Counted from the first letter of the stretch, positions 18,391-28,538 are shown. The stretch is 64,000 nt of DNA from Candidatus Enterocola sp. (GCA_045634045.1 JAZQZN010000003.1:2444-66443); one strand, 5' to 3'. The notes: a model not told the origin generated them from the sequence alone. Numbers and translations are program-made.

Positions 18391-21300
18391 TTACTTTAAT
18401 ATTACTTTCTCTGTACGTGTTGTGTTATCGCCAATTACTTGTACAATATATACACCTTGCGATACGGGCAAACTAAGCGAAGCATAATTGCCTGAAACGT
18501 TGTATTGCATGGTTCTACCAGTCATATCACTCACATAAATAGTTTGCAATTCAACGCCATTTCCAAGAACATTGATTACACTACCGTCAGCCTCATCTAC
18601 GTAGATGCTAATCGAGTTGCTTTTTTCTTGTTCTTGTTCAATGTCGGTAGGAACGTCCTCGTCAGGAATAAATTCGGGTTCGGTACTTAAAACGATGTTC
18701 AAGAAATACCTGCCTTCGATATTGCCAGCAAGCAACACTTCGGTAGTATGTGCATTGCGAAGCAAGTCAATTTCCTGACCCGTATAAGAATCTACCAAAG
18801 TAGCATAGTCGATACCTTCGGCATAAACGCGTTCAAACTTAACGTTCATATCCATTTGCAAACGAATACCCAAAGGAATGGTCAACATCTGGTTACCAGC
18901 TGTATAGCGTGTATATTGCTTGTCGTTTGCCATGATGTACAACTCGGGCGAGTCGGCATTGGGCGCAAATACTTTTTCGATATCCGTAGCCGAACCATTA
19001 GTTACATCTACCTCGCTATCGTAGTGCAATGCCACGTTGCTAAATCCTTTTTGTGTATTAGCATTGTAAAGGTTAAGCGATAAGGTAGGAACGGTTGCCT
19101 CTGCGTCACGCGAGTGGGTATAACCATCGGCCAACATACCATCGGTAATAGTAAGCGATTTTTGCCCTGCACCTGGAGTAAAGATGAAACCGTGCTGAGG
19201 TCTTAGTAGAACCGCATTGGCTGTACTGGCTGTAGACATAAAGGTTGCTGCCTCGTAATTATAGAATAGTACGGTACCACCGCTTATTTTCTCTACCAAG
19301 CGAGCATCCAAGTTGCATGGATAGGTATTGTTAAGCAATACAGGAGTTCCTGCGGTTAAGTCGCTGTAAGTACGCATAGCACTTTCGTCGGCAAAACGAC
19401 CATTAAATTCGTACGATACAGGTGCGTTTGGATCAAAGTTGCCACCAAAATAGGGGTTATAATACCTAGCTGGCAATTTAAACTCGCCGTACTCGTCGGG
19501 AATATTGATGGCAAATACAGTTCCTGGTAATACACGGGTATATAAATCGGGGAAAGTATTACCCCAAGTTGCATTGCCTCCTGTAATTTCAGCTTGGTGC
19601 ATATACACTTGTGGCAAATAGTTTTTAAAGAAATGACCCGATAACAAATCGCTAGGCTCTCCATCTTCGTTAAATGGTTGAACAACACCACCCACTAATA
19701 CCCATTTGCTACGTGGAGCATCCAAGTGGGTAATGGCATTTTCGTAGTGAAGGTTGCCATTTTTGAGGTGCTCGATGCCTTTGATAGCAGCACCAGCCTC
19801 TACAATAATGGTTTTAGCAAACAAATCGCTTACAGGATTGTCCGCACCCAAACCAGCCGATACGTGTTCGTTATCTGCCATGTTGCTGCGGTTTTCTTCA
19901 AAGTTTGCAGGTATGCGTGGCCATTTTCTACCACCCGCAATTTCTACCGAACCTTTTTCTTCGATGACGGCGGTAAGGTCATTTTCTAACACGTTAACGC
20001 ACGATAAACGTTGACGTACAATTGCACGTGTTTTATCATCTTCTACTTCGTACTCCCAGTTGTTGCGGTCATCCCAGTCTTCCGAGATACCCACCCAGTA
20101 GATTTTGTCAACACCAATGCCTTCTTTCGATTGGTAAGCACCGTAGGTCCAGTCTTTGTTTGTGGTTGGACGTTGGTCTTTTAGGTAACGGTCCGAATAC
20201 CATTCGTCGTCGGTAAGGGTAATCTTCGTGATGCTAATGTCTGGTTTAACACCATAGTTGAGCGAAGTGTTTTTAATCATGAGCGATGCAGGGCCCGATG
20301 CGGTGGTAGCACACACAGCATCCGACACGTCAATAAACTTACCGTTGCTACAACCTCCGAAGTAGAATACCGATGGGTTCTTGCTATTTTTAACGTCGTA
20401 TTCGCTCCAGAAGTTGTTGGGGCAGAAGTTGTCGCCACTTACGTCTTTACCCAAGAAAGGATTGCTGCTCTTACCAGGACAGTCTAAATCGTAGCTATAG
20501 CAGTTGTTGTATTTAAACTGTACGCTATCAACGTTAATGTCTGCTGTTTCGGCAAACGACATAAAGTCGTAGGTAGATTTTGACGTAACATTATTGTTGG
20601 CAAAGTAGTACGTGTTGTAGTAGAAACCGATGTTTTTAACAGGGTTCCATTGGGTTACCAAACGCATGGCAGCTGGGTTGCGGTCGCCATCACCTGCCAA
20701 AAATTTATTGGTATTCCAGAACACGTTATTCATTACCAACATGTTTTTAACCTCTTGTATCCAAAGCAGCGTTGCGTGGTCGCCACGGAAGTTGTTTTGG
20801 ATAAACTTGATGTTTTTGCAGTACATCAACTTGAGTGAAGCACCCCATGTAATGGAGTTGGATGTGCCATTGTCAAATACTGATTCAAAATCGTTGTTTT
20901 TGAAGGTAATACCGTCGTAGCTCGAAATGTGTGCACCCGTAAAACCGTCCGAACCAATCATACAGTTCTGAATCACAATGTTGGCATTTTCTACATAGCC
21001 TTTGGTGTTCAATTCGTTCCACGAAGAACCTTGGGTGGCGTGGTCAATGTCCATTTCGATGGCGTTGTCGCCTTTGGTTTGTACACCTTCTTTGCTAGCA
21101 TCAGTGTCTGCAGGGTCAGAGAAAATAGCCAAACTGTCCAACACAATGTTTTTCGAGTTACGAATCACAATGTGGTGAATCCATGGTTTTGCTTTGCTAT
21201 CACCTGCCTTGATGGTAAGCGTGTGGGCTGCGTTGGCACCGCTACGGTTGATGTCTTGCAGCAAGTTGGAGTTATTGGGTTTTACGTTGCCAGCATATTT

Positions 21301-23514
21301 ACCAATGTTGGTAGTACCACGGTAGATGTATGCCGATTCGGTGTTCATGTCGTCGTTGTAGAACTTAACTTTCATGGTAACAGGCTGATTCAAGTTATAG
21401 CTATCGCCAACCTTGGTTACGTATTGATAATTGGCATCTGCACTGCTATACGAGTCTTTTAAACGATCGACAGCGCGTTGCAAGTTGCCGTAGGTTAGTG
21501 TACAATCGTCTTCGAAATTTTCGCCCAACGAAGCGTCAATGGTATAGGTAATGGGCGAGCCTTTTACAGGACGAGTGCTACAGTCTGCCAAACGGAAGTA
21601 GCCTGTTTCAGCACTGAGGTAAATCATGCCACCAATTTTTACGTAGGCTCTATAGCCGTAGGTCTTGCCTTTGCCAAGGATGCTGGTTTTAAGTGAGTAA
21701 CCTTCGCCACGGTATAGCTGAACGCCGCCTCCTGCCTTCAATTTTGGTGAGGATGCAGTTGGCGTACAACCTTCGGTTGATGTACCTGCGCAATACACAA
21801 AACCATATTCGACAATGGCATTACAGTAGGTTTCCGATAGGTAGCCGTACATGGTTACGGTGGCACCATCGGCATCTACAATGGCAGGGTTTGCCAATAA
21901 TACGGGGGTGGTGGTCACCACGCCGCAATCGCCCGAATATTTCACCAAGCTACCACTGTTGTCCCAATTTGTTACCTTAACACAAGTAGTAGTAGTAGTT
22001 AGCGAAAGGGTGGCAGAATAGTTCCATTGTCCATCATCGGCAGGATTGCAACGCAACACCTGAATTTTGGTGTAGTCGTTGAGGTTGAGTAGCTCGTCGA
22101 TGTAGTAAATGTTGGCATCGCTGCTACATTGAACCATGTCTTTGGTAACCGTACCGTTTTTGGTAGTGGTTAGTGTGGCTTTGAAGATGGCACCTTCTTT
22201 TGCCCATTCCGTAAAGCTGCTGAGGTCCAAATAGTAGGTACCATTTACTACGTCTTGCACATCGCCCGAGCAGTCAATAGTTTTTAAACTTGGTGTTGTG
22301 TTGCACCAGTCTTTAGACAGGTTATAGATGTAGCGTTTGCCTTTTACCAAGCCTGTGATGTCACTGGTTTTGCAACCATCACCTCCGTTGTTGAAGATAA
22401 TACTTAGGTTGTCGTAACCAGAAACTGTCCATACGGCATATTCTTCGCCGTTGTACATGCCTGTTTTTTGTTTAGTAGAACCTGCCCAGCCGCCCAATGG
22501 GTTTCTGCTGTTATCATTAGAATCCCATGCATAGCAGTGCATACCGATGTAGCTGTCAATGCCCTTGCACCAAATTTCAATGATGTCGCAATCCGTAAAA
22601 TCGGTTTCTTCGTCGTCATCGTCGTCGTCATCGCCAGAGCCGCCGCAGTCGCCTGAATGAGTTTCCCAACTACCTTCGCTATAATAGGTTGTGCCATTCC
22701 ATGTGCCATTTGAAGTAGTGCTTGGGACAAACATTGGCTTGTCTCCACATAAATCACCACGGTGAGCAGCTTGCGTATTATGAAAATTATCATAATTACC
22801 TTGTTCATCTTTAGTAAATGAGATATAGCCACTATGACCTGATGGATATTCAACTTTATAAATAGCATTATTGCCAGTCCCGCTACATAAAGTCATAGGG
22901 AGTGGACCTGCTTTAATGTCTTTAGAACCTGATCCATTTTGTTCATGCCAATATTCACCATTATATAGGTAAACATAAACGCTTGACCAATTTACGGTAT
23001 TCTTGAAGTAAATGGTAGTTGCGTTGGTATTGCATGCTGGAGTATAGTTTGCGTAATCTTGTTTTGTAAGGTTATAAACGCCATTTGATAATGTAGGGAT
23101 ATAAATATATGCAGTAGCATCATCTCTACTTATATTTATAGCTTTTGTATAATTTTTGTCACCTTGATAAACTAAACGTGTATCTAGGGATTCATTTGCT
23201 CCAGATTTACTCCATTGGTCTTTAGCGAATGCTATTTGTGTAGCATCATCCCAATAAGTAACATTATCACATTTAAAAATATTGCCACTTACTTTTGTCA
23301 TTTGCCAATCACTACGAGAATAGCTTCCATGTCCCATATATAGGTAGATGCTACTTTCAGGCCACTGTGTATTGGTATTATCAAAATAAATTGTAACAGT
23401 GGCTGCACCCCACGCACTACCGCTAACGCCTAATAGAACGCAAAGTAAGGCAAGCACTCGTAGGACTTTACTAAAAGCCCCACTCATAATTGTATTGTTA
23501 TAAAATCTTTTCAT
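18391..23514 (-). CDS. giant T9SS-secreted protein: CBM-like/FN3-like N-terminal modules, conserved beta-helix core, type-A T9SS C-terminal sorting domain (module A, component 2)
   Basis: 1707 aa. Signal peptide MKRFYNNTIMSGAFSKVLRVLALLCVLLGVSGSAWG. Parallel beta-helix-like repeats: HHIVIRNSKNIVLDSL, NIVIQNCMIGSDGFTGAHISSYDGITFKNNDFE, CKNIKFIQNNFRGDHATLLW and MNNVFWNTN. WDDRNNWEY block. C-terminal LQTIYVSDMTGRTMQYNVSGNYASLSLPVSQGVYIVQVIGDNTTRTEKVILK is a typical T9SS tail. Confidence 0.85.
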   Translation of the reverse strand: MKRFYNNTIMSGAFSKVLRVLALLCVLLGVSGSAWGAATVTIYFDNTNTQWPESSIYLYMGHGSYSRSDWQMTKVSGNIFKCDNVTYWDDATQIAFAKDQWSKSGANESLDTRLVYQGDKNYTKAINISRDDATAYIYIPTLSNGVYNLTKQDYANYTPACNTNATTIYFKNTVNWSSVYVYLYNGEYWHEQNGSGSKDIKAGPLPMTLCSGTGNNAIYKVEYPSGHSGYISFTKDEQGNYDNFHNTQAAHRGDLCGDKPMFVPSTTSNGTWNGTTYYSEGSWETHSGDCGGSGDDDDDDDEETDFTDCDIIEIWCKGIDSYIGMHCYAWDSNDNSRNPLGGWAGSTKQKTGMYNGEEYAVWTVSGYDNLSIIFNNGGDGCKTSDITGLVKGKRYIYNLSKDWCNTTPSLKTIDCSGDVQDVVNGTYYLDLSSFTEWAKEGAIFKATLTTTKNGTVTKDMVQCSSDANIYYIDELLNLNDYTKIQVLRCNPADDGQWNYSATLSLTTTTTCVKVTNWDNSGSLVKYSGDCGVVTTTPVLLANPAIVDADGATVTMYGYLSETYCNAIVEYGFVYCAGTSTEGCTPTASSPKLKAGGGVQLYRGEGYSLKTSILGKGKTYGYRAYVKIGGMIYLSAETGYFRLADCSTRPVKGSPITYTIDASLGENFEDDCTLTYGNLQRAVDRLKDSYSSADANYQYVTKVGDSYNLNQPVTMKVKFYNDDMNTESAYIYRGTTNIGKYAGNVKPNNSNLLQDINRSGANAAHTLTIKAGDSKAKPWIHHIVIRNSKNIVLDSLAIFSDPADTDASKEGVQTKGDNAIEMDIDHATQGSSWNELNTKGYVENANIVIQNCMIGSDGFTGAHISSYDGITFKNNDFESVFDNGTSNSITWGASLKLMYCKNIKFIQNNFRGDHATLLWIQEVKNMLVMNNVFWNTNKFLAGDGDRNPAAMRLVTQWNPVKNIGFYYNTYYFANNNVTSKSTYDFMSFAETADINVDSVQFKYNNCYSYDLDCPGKSSNPFLGKDVSGDNFCPNNFWSEYDVKNSKNPSVFYFGGCSNGKFIDVSDAVCATTASGPASLMIKNTSLNYGVKPDISITKITLTDDEWYSDRYLKDQRPTTNKDWTYGAYQSKEGIGVDKIYWVGISEDWDDRNNWEYEVEDDKTRAIVRQRLSCVNVLENDLTAVIEEKGSVEIAGGRKWPRIPANFEENRSNMADNEHVSAGLGADNPVSDLFAKTIIVEAGAAIKGIEHLKNGNLHYENAITHLDAPRSKWVLVGGVVQPFNEDGEPSDLLSGHFFKNYLPQVYMHQAEITGGNATWGNTFPDLYTRVLPGTVFAINIPDEYGEFKLPARYYNPYFGGNFDPNAPVSYEFNGRFADESAMRTYSDLTAGTPVLLNNTYPCNLDARLVEKISGGTVLFYNYEAATFMSTASTANAVLLRPQHGFIFTPGAGQKSLTITDGMLADGYTHSRDAEATVPTLSLNLYNANTQKGFSNVALHYDSEVDVTNGSATDIEKVFAPNADSPELYIMANDKQYTRYTAGNQMLTIPLGIRLQMDMNVKFERVYAEGIDYATLVDSYTGQEIDLLRNAHTTEVLLAGNIEGRYFLNIVLSTEPEFIPDEDVPTDIEQEQEKSNSISIYVDEADGSVINVLGNGVELQTIYVSDMTGRTMQYNVSGNYASLSLPVSQGVYIVQVIGDNTTRTEKVILK

Positions 23515-23547
23515 ATTGTGTATTTTTATTTTATTCTTACTAAGGTT

Positions 23548-26500
23548 CTATTTTTTGATAATTTCAGGATCGCAATCTTCGGTTACATCCATAAGGATAA
23601 TGTTGGCAGTAGCCTCGTTGTTGTCAACCGTACCGCACGCATTTTCGCCCGACACCTCGATGGTAGCCTTTACGTTGTATTGTTTGCTGCGCGCAGTGCC
23701 GTTGCCACCTGTGCCCCAGTCGGATGGACGAGGAATGCGGATGTTCAACATGTGTCCGCTTTCGCTAATGATGGCGCCGTCGGCATCCAACTCGTCGTGG
23801 CTAAGGGTATATTCGTAGCCTTCTGGAGCTTGTACGTTGATGTTGACTCCTTTCCATGGAGTGGTTTCTGCGTTGGCAGGCGATAGGATAAAGATGAGTG
23901 CCTGACCAGTTAGTTTGTCTAACTCTTCGGTTAGCTTAGGAATACGGTTGGTTACCCATGTGGTAATGGCACCCTTAGAGCCTTCGTGGGTGGTAGCAGC
24001 ACCGCAGTTCTCGCCAAATCCATAGTAGCCCATGGCTTTTGAACCAGTACATGAGCTGGTAGCACCACGACCAGTAGCAGTGTTGTCGTTAAATGGTAGC
24101 ATGGCCTCTTCGCGGTCAATGGCATCGTCCAATTCTTCTGCAAAGGCAGCTACTTTCTTAGAAATGTTGGCAGTGGTGAGCACGCCACCTTCGGCAGTAT
24201 AGGCCGCCCATTTACTTTTTACCGTACTCACAAAGCATGGGTCGTTTAGCAAACCACCAGTGATGCTGGTGCCGCCGCCTGTAAACCAGAATGGGGCTTT
24301 GAAATTGTCGCTATATACTCCGCTGTCTTTAATCAAAAGTCCGTCGGTGCTATGTGCGTTTTTTGCTGAAATATTGGCAGTAACGTTGTTGAAGCTTAGC
24401 TCTTGGTCCCAAAGGGGTTGTGCTTCAATTTTGTCGCCGTTGTACACAAATAGGCAGCTTGCACGGTAGGCATCCAAGTTTTTGGTATATTCGTTGATGA
24501 TGAACCAATCTGCCCAGCTGTTGTAGTCAATGAGTTGACGTACTTTTTCGTATTCTTTGTTGTAGAGCGCAGTTTCAAATTCTTCGAAACGTTCTTGAAT
24601 AATTTTATAAACACTGGTCCAGTTGCCACCTTCGTCTTCGATGTCTTCTTTTTCGGGGTATTCAATTTCGAAAAGTTGATCGACTTTGGTGTCGTAGGTG
24701 GTAATATCTTTTTTACCTGTACGGGTGGTGGCAAAGGTTTTTTGGTCGCCTTCGGTGTTTTCAACGCGGTCAACTTTGTCGGTTTTGTCGAATTTTACAA
24801 TAAAGCCGTTGTAGTCGGTAATGTTGACACGTTTTTCGTTCATCGTGATTTTGTCCATCAATACGTACACACCTTTGTATTCGTTGTTGATGATGAGCTC
24901 TACGTACATGGAGTTAACGCCCCATTTGCCAGTCATTTCTTTGTAGAGGTCAAATACCAAACGGTTACGCATCATAGAGGGGTCTGGGGTAGCTGCATAA
25001 AGCACCCAGTCTTTGTCTTTAGCACCGTCAGATAGTCCAAATAGGTTGGCTTTGCCCGTATCTACGTCGCCATCGCTGTTCTTGGTTTTTTCTTTACCTG
25101 TTACAAAGGCATACGATTTTTTCTTAAAGTTGAGCGACGACGAACCACGGTAGTTGATGCGTCCTTTGCGGTCGTATTGCAAGGTTCCATTGGGGTTATA
25201 GATGCGCACGTCAACCGAAATCTTCTTTTTCATGCCATCGATGTTGGTCGATGGGTAGTTTTGGCCCACAACTGAACATTCGTCAGGAAGCGATTTGCTA
25301 CCAGTGTTGATCGAAATAACAGGCATGTCAAAGTTGGCAAATGCGTTGATGGCAGGAGCAGTGCCTGTTGTGCCTGTCACTTGTAGGGCATTGGATGTTT
25401 GTGTTTCGTTGCTGCCTTCGTAGCTAATCAAACAGCGGTAGTAGCCCACCTTGTCGGCACGCCAGTTGTTACATGCCGCTGTTCCGTTTGTCATGCCTAC
25501 TGCTTTGTCTGCGTAGTTGGTGGTGCAATTTGCCCAGTCAGATGTGCCATTGGCAGAGAATTGCCATGTGTAGCCCTTAACGGCGGTGGCACCTGCTACG
25601 TCAACAATACCATCTTTTTGCACATACATGGGCACAAAGTCGGTGATGATGTTGGTGCAGAGTTTCAAATCGCCCAATTGAATGATTTTAACACCAGCTT
25701 CTTGCACCTCTAATGTAACTGGTTTAGAAGTTGCAGTTAATGCTGGACACACTTTGCTAGTTGCAGTTACGGTGTATTCATAATTGCGAGCCTCGCCAAT
25801 ATTTATTGTTGTTGCAGCTGTATAGTCTCCTGCTGATTTACCATCTTTTTTAATTGTATAGTTGAAATCAGGATCATAATTACTAACTGTTAATGTTGTA
25901 GGTTTGTTTTGACCTACTGGATTTGGAGAGATTGTAACCACAGGGGTTTGAGGAGCAGGATAAAGTGTTAATGATAATGTAGATGCATCAGAAGCACAAC
26001 CACCGTCTTCTATTCTTGCATAATATATTTTATTTGAACTAATACTTACAGTAGCAGAAGCAGGAGTATTACATTCTGGGTCAGAATACCACTTAACACC
26101 ATCTATTCCATTATTATAATCACTTAATGTGATGTTTGTATTTGGACAAACAACACCAGATGCTATAATGCCAGGGGCATCTGGAATCTCATCGCAAGTA
26201 GTTTTTACATCTTGCACTGCAGAGTAAGTAAATAGCTCTGAACATGTTTTGGTATTAGCAGATATGCGCACTTGATAATCAGAACCAGCCACTAAGTCTT
26301 CAATTGAACATGTTGCATTACCAGAACCCTTTAAGCTTTGATTACATTTTTTTGCATTAGCCCAATCTCCACCCTTCTCAATACACTCAACTACCATACT
26401 TTGTAAGTCGCTACCTGTAATGGTTGCTTGAACAGTAATGCCATAGCTATATGGAGTTATTTTAATACTAGATATAGTTGGAGTATAAATATTGACAGTT

Positions 26501-27681
26501 ACATATGAACTATTTGCAGAAGAGCATAAACCATCTTTTAATACAGCATAATATTGTGTTGTAGCGGAGATGCTCACGATAGTTGGGTCTGCCACTTTTG
26601 TACCATCTTTTTTATACCATTCTAATGTACCTGCACCGCTATCGGTTCTAGGGAATAGCTCATTTAAGTTAAAAGCAACATTTTTGCATGCAATTTTAGA
26701 ACTTACAGAGAAAGTAGGAGCCGCTATTGTTGGACAAGGAACTTCTACTTCCTTAGGTTCTGAAGAATAAACCCATGGACTTCCATAAATGTATGTTCTA
26801 AACTCGTATGTATTTCCTGCCTTAGGTGTAAATGTATCTGTATCTTCACCATCTACATCGGTTTGTTTTGTAACATAACCACTATTTGAATTTGGGTCAT
26901 TCTCTGCACACCATTCTTGACCTTTTATTCTCCATTGAAAACCATGATATTGTGTACCACAAGTAGTAAAGTTACCTACTAAACTGATAGTGCCATTTTG
27001 GTTTAATGTAGCAGATGTGATAGAGGTTGAAGGGGTGCAAGCTAGTTCCCATTGAGCATAAAGAGTAGCTGCCTCGTTTGCTGTATAAGAAGCACCTGAT
27101 GCATATGAAGTGCCTGTGCCGTCAGCTTTTGTATTCCAATTTTGGAAGGTGTAACCTGAACGAGTAGGTTCGGTTGTGCTCAGTGTCAAAGCTTTATCAT
27201 GATTTTTAGTTTGAGAAGAAGGAGCCTCAGAACCGCCATTTGCATTATAAGAAATAGTATATGTAGGTAAAGTTGCCTTTACATATGTTGTATTGGAACT
27301 TGTAACGTAATAGATAATTACAGTATATTTAGCAGTACTTGAAGCTAAGGTAAATTTAACGTTATCTCCTGTTACTGATGTGAAATTAGAAATCGAAGAA
27401 ACACCTGAAGAAGAACTAGTTGAAGTTTTTACCCAGTGCCAGTTGTTTCCATTTTCAACAATACGATACTCGTAGTTTCCTGCTGCAAGTTGAAAAGTTG
27501 CTGAAACAGTCCCCGAACCAGACATTGCATTTGCTGTTGTATTCCAGCTATTCATAGTGCCAGCTACATACATTGTAGCCCACACACTACTTGTTCCTAC
27601 AAGCATCATTAGGGCCATGATAAGCCACCTTGCGCTTAGGCGCGAGGTAAATTGTTTAAAATTGTTTGTAAAATTTTTCAT
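23548..27681 (-). CDS. giant secreted CotH-family (atypical kinase-like) protein with N-terminal CBM-like, Listeria-Bacteroides repeat and Cys-containing Ig-like modules (module A, component 1)
   Basis: 1377 aa. Sec signal peptide. YTISYNANGGSEAP...GYTFQNWNTKADGTGTSY...LYAQWE is a Listeria-Bacteroides (Flg_new) repeat. CotH blocks lie at ~24390-25230: RINYRGSSSLNFKKKSYAF, DKDWVLYAATPDPSMMRN, YKGVYVLMDKIT, FEIEYPE, ADWFIINEYTKNLDAYRAS, PLWDQELSF. No T9SS tail was recognised. Confidence 0.85.
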   Translation of the reverse strand: MKNFTNNFKQFTSRLSARWLIMALMMLVGTSSVWATMYVAGTMNSWNTTANAMSGSGTVSATFQLAAGNYEYRIVENGNNWHWVKTSTSSSSGVSSISNFTSVTGDNVKFTLASSTAKYTVIIYYVTSSNTTYVKATLPTYTISYNANGGSEAPSSQTKNHDKALTLSTTEPTRSGYTFQNWNTKADGTGTSYASGASYTANEAATLYAQWELACTPSTSITSATLNQNGTISLVGNFTTCGTQYHGFQWRIKGQEWCAENDPNSNSGYVTKQTDVDGEDTDTFTPKAGNTYEFRTYIYGSPWVYSSEPKEVEVPCPTIAAPTFSVSSKIACKNVAFNLNELFPRTDSGAGTLEWYKKDGTKVADPTIVSISATTQYYAVLKDGLCSSANSSYVTVNIYTPTISSIKITPYSYGITVQATITGSDLQSMVVECIEKGGDWANAKKCNQSLKGSGNATCSIEDLVAGSDYQVRISANTKTCSELFTYSAVQDVKTTCDEIPDAPGIIASGVVCPNTNITLSDYNNGIDGVKWYSDPECNTPASATVSISSNKIYYARIEDGGCASDASTLSLTLYPAPQTPVVTISPNPVGQNKPTTLTVSNYDPDFNYTIKKDGKSAGDYTAATTINIGEARNYEYTVTATSKVCPALTATSKPVTLEVQEAGVKIIQLGDLKLCTNIITDFVPMYVQKDGIVDVAGATAVKGYTWQFSANGTSDWANCTTNYADKAVGMTNGTAACNNWRADKVGYYRCLISYEGSNETQTSNALQVTGTTGTAPAINAFANFDMPVISINTGSKSLPDECSVVGQNYPSTNIDGMKKKISVDVRIYNPNGTLQYDRKGRINYRGSSSLNFKKKSYAFVTGKEKTKNSDGDVDTGKANLFGLSDGAKDKDWVLYAATPDPSMMRNRLVFDLYKEMTGKWGVNSMYVELIINNEYKGVYVLMDKITMNEKRVNITDYNGFIVKFDKTDKVDRVENTEGDQKTFATTRTGKKDITTYDTKVDQLFEIEYPEKEDIEDEGGNWTSVYKIIQERFEEFETALYNKEYEKVRQLIDYNSWADWFIINEYTKNLDAYRASCLFVYNGDKIEAQPLWDQELSFNNVTANISAKNAHSTDGLLIKDSGVYSDNFKAPFWFTGGGTSITGGLLNDPCFVSTVKSKWAAYTAEGGVLTTANISKKVAAFAEELDDAIDREEAMLPFNDNTATGRGATSSCTGSKAMGYYGFGENCGAATTHEGSKGAITTWVTNRIPKLTEELDKLTGQALIFILSPANAETTPWKGVNINVQAPEGYEYTLSHDELDADGAIISESGHMLNIRIPRPSDWGTGGNGTARSKQYNVKATIEVSGENACGTVDNNEATANIILMDVTEDCDPEIIKK

Positions 27682-27785
27682 AAATATCGATATTTTGTTT
27701 GTTTATTTTGTTCGTGTTTACACGTGTTATTTTCGTTTGGTTTCACCCTCGCTGCGCTTCGGGTGAGGGAGGGGCGCTTTCCTAT

Positions 27786-27850
27786 CCCTGCGTTGCGCTC
27801 GCAAGCTCGCTTAACACAGGGTTATTACCAAGGACAACCCCTGCGGGGTA
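27786..27850 (-). repeat. REP-like structured repeat (copy C)
   Basis: CCCTGCGTTGCG..CTTAACACAGGGTTA..ACCCCTGCGGGGTA (reverse orientation), 1 nt downstream of the PD-(D/E)XK gene stop. Confidence 0.85.
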
Positions 27851-27851
27851 A

Positions 27852-28478
27852 TTAAAAGCTTGCATCGCCCCAACGATACCAAAATTCATTAAAAAGGTCA
27901 CTTTCGGTTTGTATGTCGTTTTCGAGTAACTCATAAAACGAAAACAATTTGAATGCTGGTTTGGTATCGACTTCTGCTAGGTTGCCAAAATGCCTTATAA
28001 AAGGTGCGCTATTTCTTTCTAAACAGGTTATTAGGGCGTAATGCTTTTGCCACGTTTCTGATTGACTGTTATAGTGCGCATCGAACTTATTTTTGTACGC
28101 TACTAACTGATTCCTTTTTACGCCATCTATATCGGTTGCATCGTGCAAGCCTGTCAAATACTTGTTTTCTATTAGCAAGGCGTATTTGGTTATCTCGCCC
28201 CTTTGCTCTACATCAACCTCTACTCGCAAATCAATATCCTCCCACTGTTTCCAAACTTTTACGTTGCTAAAGATTACATCGTCTGTGTTTTCTATACTCA
28301 ATAACTTGCCAAGCATAAACCTGCAATGGCTGTATAGAATGGGTTTTTCGTCCTTGCAAATACCATCTGCTCTGCGCAAGCACCACGATATTACATAATC
28401 CATCATGCATTCTGCTTTGCCATTTTTCTCGGTCTGATCAACCATCAATTGAGGCATATCCGTTCTGTTGCTTTTCAT
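27852..28478 (-). CDS. PD-(D/E)XK nuclease-superfamily protein (PDDEXK_4-like), first gene of arm A
   Basis: 208 aa. E..(MDYVISWCL).. IDL .. LLIENKY gives an E / D / ExK arrangement, and QLVAYK follows. Paralog at 30995-31621. Confidence 0.6.
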   Translation of the reverse strand: MKSNRTDMPQLMVDQTEKNGKAECMMDYVISWCLRRADGICKDEKPILYSHCRFMLGKLLSIENTDDVIFSNVKVWKQWEDIDLRVEVDVEQRGEITKYALLIENKYLTGLHDATDIDGVKRNQLVAYKNKFDAHYNSQSETWQKHYALITCLERNSAPFIRHFGNLAEVDTKPAFKLFSFYELLENDIQTESDLFNEFWYRWGDASF

Positions 28479-28538
28479 TGCGTTTGTTTTAGGTATTTAC
28501 GTCCCATCACTCCCGAAGCATAGTATCTTCTTTCCTAT

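Noticed and set aside
22605-22645. GTC/ATC trinucleotide run encoding poly-Asp (GDDDDDDDEE) in the 1707-aa protein, as a possible contingency repeat.
   Set aside because: In-frame triplet changes would only alter linker length. The run is short and interrupted. It is plausibly just an acidic inter-domain linker.
27652-27855. 67-aa ORF mirrored almost identically at 31618-31821, so it appears to be a conserved small protein.
   Set aside because: It is conserved only because it lies inside the inverted repeat. It runs antisense across the CotH start, the leader and a REP-like element (translating to ..PALRSQARLTQGYYQGQPLRGN), and has no start context of its own.
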